The notes under the pieces are model-generated. The model saw only the letters and a list, made by a program, of their open reading frames with translations. It was not told the DNA's origin and ran no database searches. 64,000 bases of DNA, taken from contig OY820905.2 in NCBI GenBank assembly GCA_963555755.3, forward strand, positions 2,048,001-2,112,000, read 5' to 3'. Of the stretch, positions 60,431 to 64,000 are shown one piece after another. Within the stretch, counting starts at the first letter, position 1. Each line of letters starts with the position of its first letter. The translations under genes and the position numbers were made by a program. The stretch comes from Nitrospirales bacterium. Its GTDB lineage: Bacteria > Nitrospirota > Nitrospiria > Nitrospirales > UBA8639.

Positions 60431-60984
60431 TTTCTACGAAGACTGCCATCCATCACACTGTTGAATGTACGCCGACACAGCCCTCCTTGGTAGGGTCTCC
60501 TCCCGATCTTACCAAGACACCGCAATTGTCGCTGATTCGAGGCCATCAGACCGGCATAACCATCTTAATGGCGGATGACGACCCCGACGATTGCCTGCTT
60601 GCCCGAGAAGCGTGGGAAGAAATCAAGTCAGGACACGAACTGCGGTTCGTCCATGATGGGCAGGAAATCTTGGACTATGTCTTGCGTCGAGGTCTCTACA
60701 CCACACAGCAATCGGCACCTCGGCCTCGCATTATCCTGTTGGACCTCAACATGCCCAAGAAAAATGGGCATGAAGTCTTGGGGGTGCTCAAAACCAACCC
60801 TGAACTCCAAACCATTCCTATTATCGTCTTTACCACCACCAGGCACATCGACGAGATCATCCGGGCGTATCAGGAAGGGGCGAACGCGTTTATGACGAAG
60901 CCCAGCACGTTTGAAGGCTATCGAGACACCTTCCGAGCCGTGGATCATTTTTGGTTGCGCCTGGTTCAACTCCCGAATCAATAA
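60427..60984 (+). CDS. Single-domain response regulator (Rcp1-like)
   Basis: MADDD, LLDLNMPKKNG, TKP; start uncertain. Confidence 0.9.
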   Translation: MISTKTAIHHTVECTPTQPSLVGSPPDLTKTPQLSLIRGHQTGITILMADDDPDDCLLAREAWEEIKSGHELRFVHDGQEILDYVLRRGLYTTQQSAPRPRIILLDLNMPKKNGHEVLGVLKTNPELQTIPIIVFTTTRHIDEIIRAYQEGANAFMTKPSTFEGYRDTFRAVDHFWLRLVQLPNQ

Positions 60985-61243
60985 TACTCCAGATCACCGG
61001 TATGGCCTCACAGACATCACCGCAAAAAAGGCCCATCCCCTGGCTTTGACCCGCCAAGACCCCATTGGGCCTTAAGAACCACCTTAAAACACCGATCAAA
61101 TATTAAACGGCAACGTCACGTAGAAGTCGACAAATATCGATGGAGGACCACTCACGGCTTTCGTCAAGGCCGCGGGGTCATCGTCTCGCCCTCAGGTCGC
61201 AAGATCAACCCGAGTACAGTAGTGCATTCACGACCGCAAACTT

Positions 61244-62509
61244 ATGCGACATTCTCAGGTTCATATTCTGCTCGTCGAAGATGATGAAGACGATTATCTG
61301 ATTGTCAAAGATCTGCTGTCGGATATTGAAGAAACCACCTTCCAGATTGATTGGGTGTCTGAATACGACGAAGCCAAACAACGCATTCATCCGCATCGCT
61401 ATGACATTTTCCTCTTCGACTATCGCCTAGGCCGCCACACGGGCCTTGACCTGGTCAGATACGTTCGAACAATCAAATCGTCAACCCCTTGTATTCTTCT
61501 GACGGGTCAAGATGATCATCATGTGGATGTCATGGCCGGGGAAACCGGCGCCGTTGATTATCTGCTCAAGAGAGAGCTCACCGCCTCCGGCTTAGAACGA
61601 TCGATTCGGTATGCCCTGGAACGACGAAACGCAGAGATCGAGCGTGAAATCCTCACGGAGCAACTCCTGGAAACATCACGTCAATTGGGTATGGCTGAAG
61701 TGGCTGTGAATGTGTTGCACAATGTGGGGAACGTCCTCACCAGTTTGAATGTGTCTGCCACTCACCTGGTCAAGTTTTTGCACGAATCCCACACCGATGA
61801 TATCGGAAAAATTGCGAAGATGGTCCAAGCCCATCATGACGATTTGGCCGAATTTCTCACACAGGATTCACAGGGAAAACACATTTTCCCCTATTTAGCC
61901 AAATTCGGTGAACATCTGGCAGCGCAACATCAGGCAATGTTCGAAGAAATACAGGCTCTGACCAAGAATCTCGACCACGTCAAGCACATCATTCGAGCCC
62001 AGCAGGCCAACACCACATCGACCAATCACTCCGAACCCGTTGTCGTCTCTGAATTGATGGAGCAAGCCCTCAGCATCAATCTCAGCCCACTCTCACAGCA
62101 TCACCTTAAAATTGTCCGAAACTATGCCGATACTCCTCTTATCATCTCTGACAAGCATCAAATCCTACAGATTTTGGTCAACCTTATTCGAAATGCCACA
62201 CATGCCATGATCGAAAACCCCGGGGACTCCCATTGCCTGAGCCTGACAATCGACCAGTCCCCCGAAGATCACCGAATCCAACTCTCTGTTCACGATACAG
62301 GAGTCGGAATCAATCCGGAGCATCTCACACGGATTTTTTCTCAAGGCTTTACCACGAAACCGGAAGGCCATGGATGGGGATTGCACAGCAGTGCCCTGGC
62401 TGCAAAGTCCTTACAGGGGACACTTCACGCGTTCAGTGATGGCGAAGGGCAAGGGGCTCGGGTTACCCTGGATCTTCCCTTCATACCTGTGGAGGTTCAT
62501 GCCTCATGA
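61244..62509 (+). CDS. Hybrid REC-histidine kinase
   Basis: N-terminal REC, LHNVGN H-box, NLIRNA, DTGVGI, GFTTK..GHGWGL. Confidence 0.92.
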   Translation: MRHSQVHILLVEDDEDDYLIVKDLLSDIEETTFQIDWVSEYDEAKQRIHPHRYDIFLFDYRLGRHTGLDLVRYVRTIKSSTPCILLTGQDDHHVDVMAGETGAVDYLLKRELTASGLERSIRYALERRNAEIEREILTEQLLETSRQLGMAEVAVNVLHNVGNVLTSLNVSATHLVKFLHESHTDDIGKIAKMVQAHHDDLAEFLTQDSQGKHIFPYLAKFGEHLAAQHQAMFEEIQALTKNLDHVKHIIRAQQANTTSTNHSEPVVVSELMEQALSINLSPLSQHHLKIVRNYADTPLIISDKHQILQILVNLIRNATHAMIENPGDSHCLSLTIDQSPEDHRIQLSVHDTGVGINPEHLTRIFSQGFTTKPEGHGWGLHSSALAAKSLQGTLHAFSDGEGQGARVTLDLPFIPVEVHAS

Positions 62510-63036
62510 CAACAGCCGCGGAAAATCGAAGGGTGTTAGTGATAGATGATAATACGGCCATTCATGAAGATTTCCGGAAGATTCTCTTGCCACCAACGCC
62601 CGGCCATGACTTTCATGCAGCGCGCGCTCAGCTCTTCGAGGGTTCCGAACCTCCAACGCCTCGCATTGATTTTCACATCGACTGTGCGGACCAAGGGGAA
62701 CAAGGCTTTGAGATGGTCAAAGAGGCCATGCACAACGGATGCCCCTATGCGATGGCGTTTGTGGATATGCGCATGCCGCCTGGATGGGATGGCGCCGAGA
62801 CCATTGAACAGATTTGGCAGGTCGACCCGGACATCCAAATCGTGATCTGCACCGCCTACTCCGACCATGATTGGGACCACCTGCTGACTCGTCTCTCTCA
62901 CCCGGATCAGCTCCTGATTCTCCGAAAGCCTTTTGAAGCCATCGAAGTGATGCAATTGGCCACATCCCGAGTGAACCATCCCAAAGGAGTTAAAGGGACC
63001 CAACCTATGGATCTCGTCCAACGAGGAAATCGATGA
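62506..63036 (+). CDS. Response regulator receiver protein
   Basis: VIDDN, FVDMRMPPGWDG, CTAYSD, RKPF. Confidence 0.88.
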   Translation: MTTAAENRRVLVIDDNTAIHEDFRKILLPPTPGHDFHAARAQLFEGSEPPTPRIDFHIDCADQGEQGFEMVKEAMHNGCPYAMAFVDMRMPPGWDGAETIEQIWQVDPDIQIVICTAYSDHDWDHLLTRLSHPDQLLILRKPFEAIEVMQLATSRVNHPKGVKGTQPMDLVQRGNR

Positions 63037-64000
63037 GCACGACACTGATGATTCAGGCAATCGATGATGATGACGACGACCTGCGTATATTGGAAGAATT
63101 CCTTCGAGAAATCCCCAATACTCACGTGACCTTTCACGGCTATGGTGATTTACTATCTGGGATGAGGGCCCTCCAGCATAACCCAGGGGACCTCCTCTTC
63201 CTCGATTTTCGGTTAGGCGCCAAAACCGGCATCGAAGCCTTTCGGGAAATCCAAGGCATTGGCTATACAAAGCCTGTCATCCTTCTCACAGGCAATGGGG
63301 ATGAACACACAGCGGTCGAAGCCATGAAATCCGGCATTGCCGATTATCTGTCGAAGGCGACGCTTGCTCCAACGATTCTTCACCGCGCCATCACCAATGC
63401 CCTGGAAAAACATCAGTTACGGCAAGCGATTCAGGAACAGCAACGGCGGATTGAAGCCGCCGATCGTGAAAGCCTTCTCCGGATTCGTAGCGAAAAAGAG
63501 GTGTTAGAGCACACCTTGATTGGATCGTTGGCAGCCATGACCCAGGTCTTGTCCATCATGAATCCGGAAGTGTTTAGTCGTTCCATTCGCATTACCCGAT
63601 ATGTCACCGCCATTGCGAAACAGATGGAGCTCCCGGAGATCTGGCAATTGGAAGTCGCCGCCATGCTCTCTCAAATAGGCTGCATTACGTTTCCACCAGA
63701 GGTTTTACACAACCTGGCAAGGGGAATGGAATTGGGACATACAGAAGCGCAACTCTATGATCAATACCCCTCGATGGGAGCGGACATGATTCGGAAGATT
63801 CCTCGAATGGATAGAGTCGCCGACATTATCGAACATCAAGAACACGTTCTCGATGATCCAGCCCACCAAGACAAACTGGACACCATTCCCCTGGAATCGC
63901 GAATTCTCAAAGTTGCCATTGATATGGACGCCCTCGAATCGACTGGACACTCAAAACAACAAGCCATGGATACCCTTCGCATCCATGTCAAAAAGTATGA
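63033..64000 (+). CDS. REC + degenerate HD-GYP-like protein (runs off the window end)
   Basis: Manual translation: IDDDDDD...FLDF...LTG (REC); AAMLSQIG...IIEHQ...IPLESRILKVA. Confidence 0.85.
   Translation, partial: MSTTLMIQAIDDDDDDLRILEEFLREIPNTHVTFHGYGDLLSGMRALQHNPGDLLFLDFRLGAKTGIEAFREIQGIGYTKPVILLTGNGDEHTAVEAMKSGIADYLSKATLAPTILHRAITNALEKHQLRQAIQEQQRRIEAADRESLLRIRSEKEVLEHTLIGSLAAMTQVLSIMNPEVFSRSIRITRYVTAIAKQMELPEIWQLEVAAMLSQIGCITFPPEVLHNLARGMELGHTEAQLYDQYPSMGADMIRKIPRMDRVADIIEHQEHVLDDPAHQDKLDTIPLESRILKVAIDMDALESTGHSKQQAMDTLRIHVKKY

Overview
Bacterial chromosomal window, probably from a Nitrospirales/Nitrospirota genome (inferred from gene content and repeat style; not verified). Layout: (1) 1-8.7 kb: hypothetical, signalling and housekeeping genes (trmL, YchJ/SEC-C, TPR, CBS). 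(2) About 9.2-27 kb: an accessory patchwork with a sugar ABC transporter, Kelch protein, HU, SemiSWEET, dienelactone hydrolase, a zinc-peptidase/ATP-grasp pair, ArsR, a VapC/Phd toxin-antitoxin pair, full-length IS630 and IS6 elements and several IS remnants and truncated genes. (3) 28.7-55 kb: core genes (UvrD/PcrA helicase, glgP, two cytochromes c, cdd, rodZ, PfkB kinase, mtnP, miaA, mutL, a tolQRAB-cpoB cluster, tRNA-Asp, tRNA-Val, an MltD-like enzyme). (4) 59-64 kb: a response-regulator/kinase cluster behind a c-di-GMP-I riboswitch, ending in a degenerate HD-GYP protein cut by the window edge. The most striking non-coding signal is a dense set of miniature inverted-repeat elements. Several have different termini but share an ERIC-like structured core, nest inside each other up to four levels deep, and often abut stop codons. 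Other highlights are a receiver domain split by a Rossmann-fold insert and two candidate structured RNAs.
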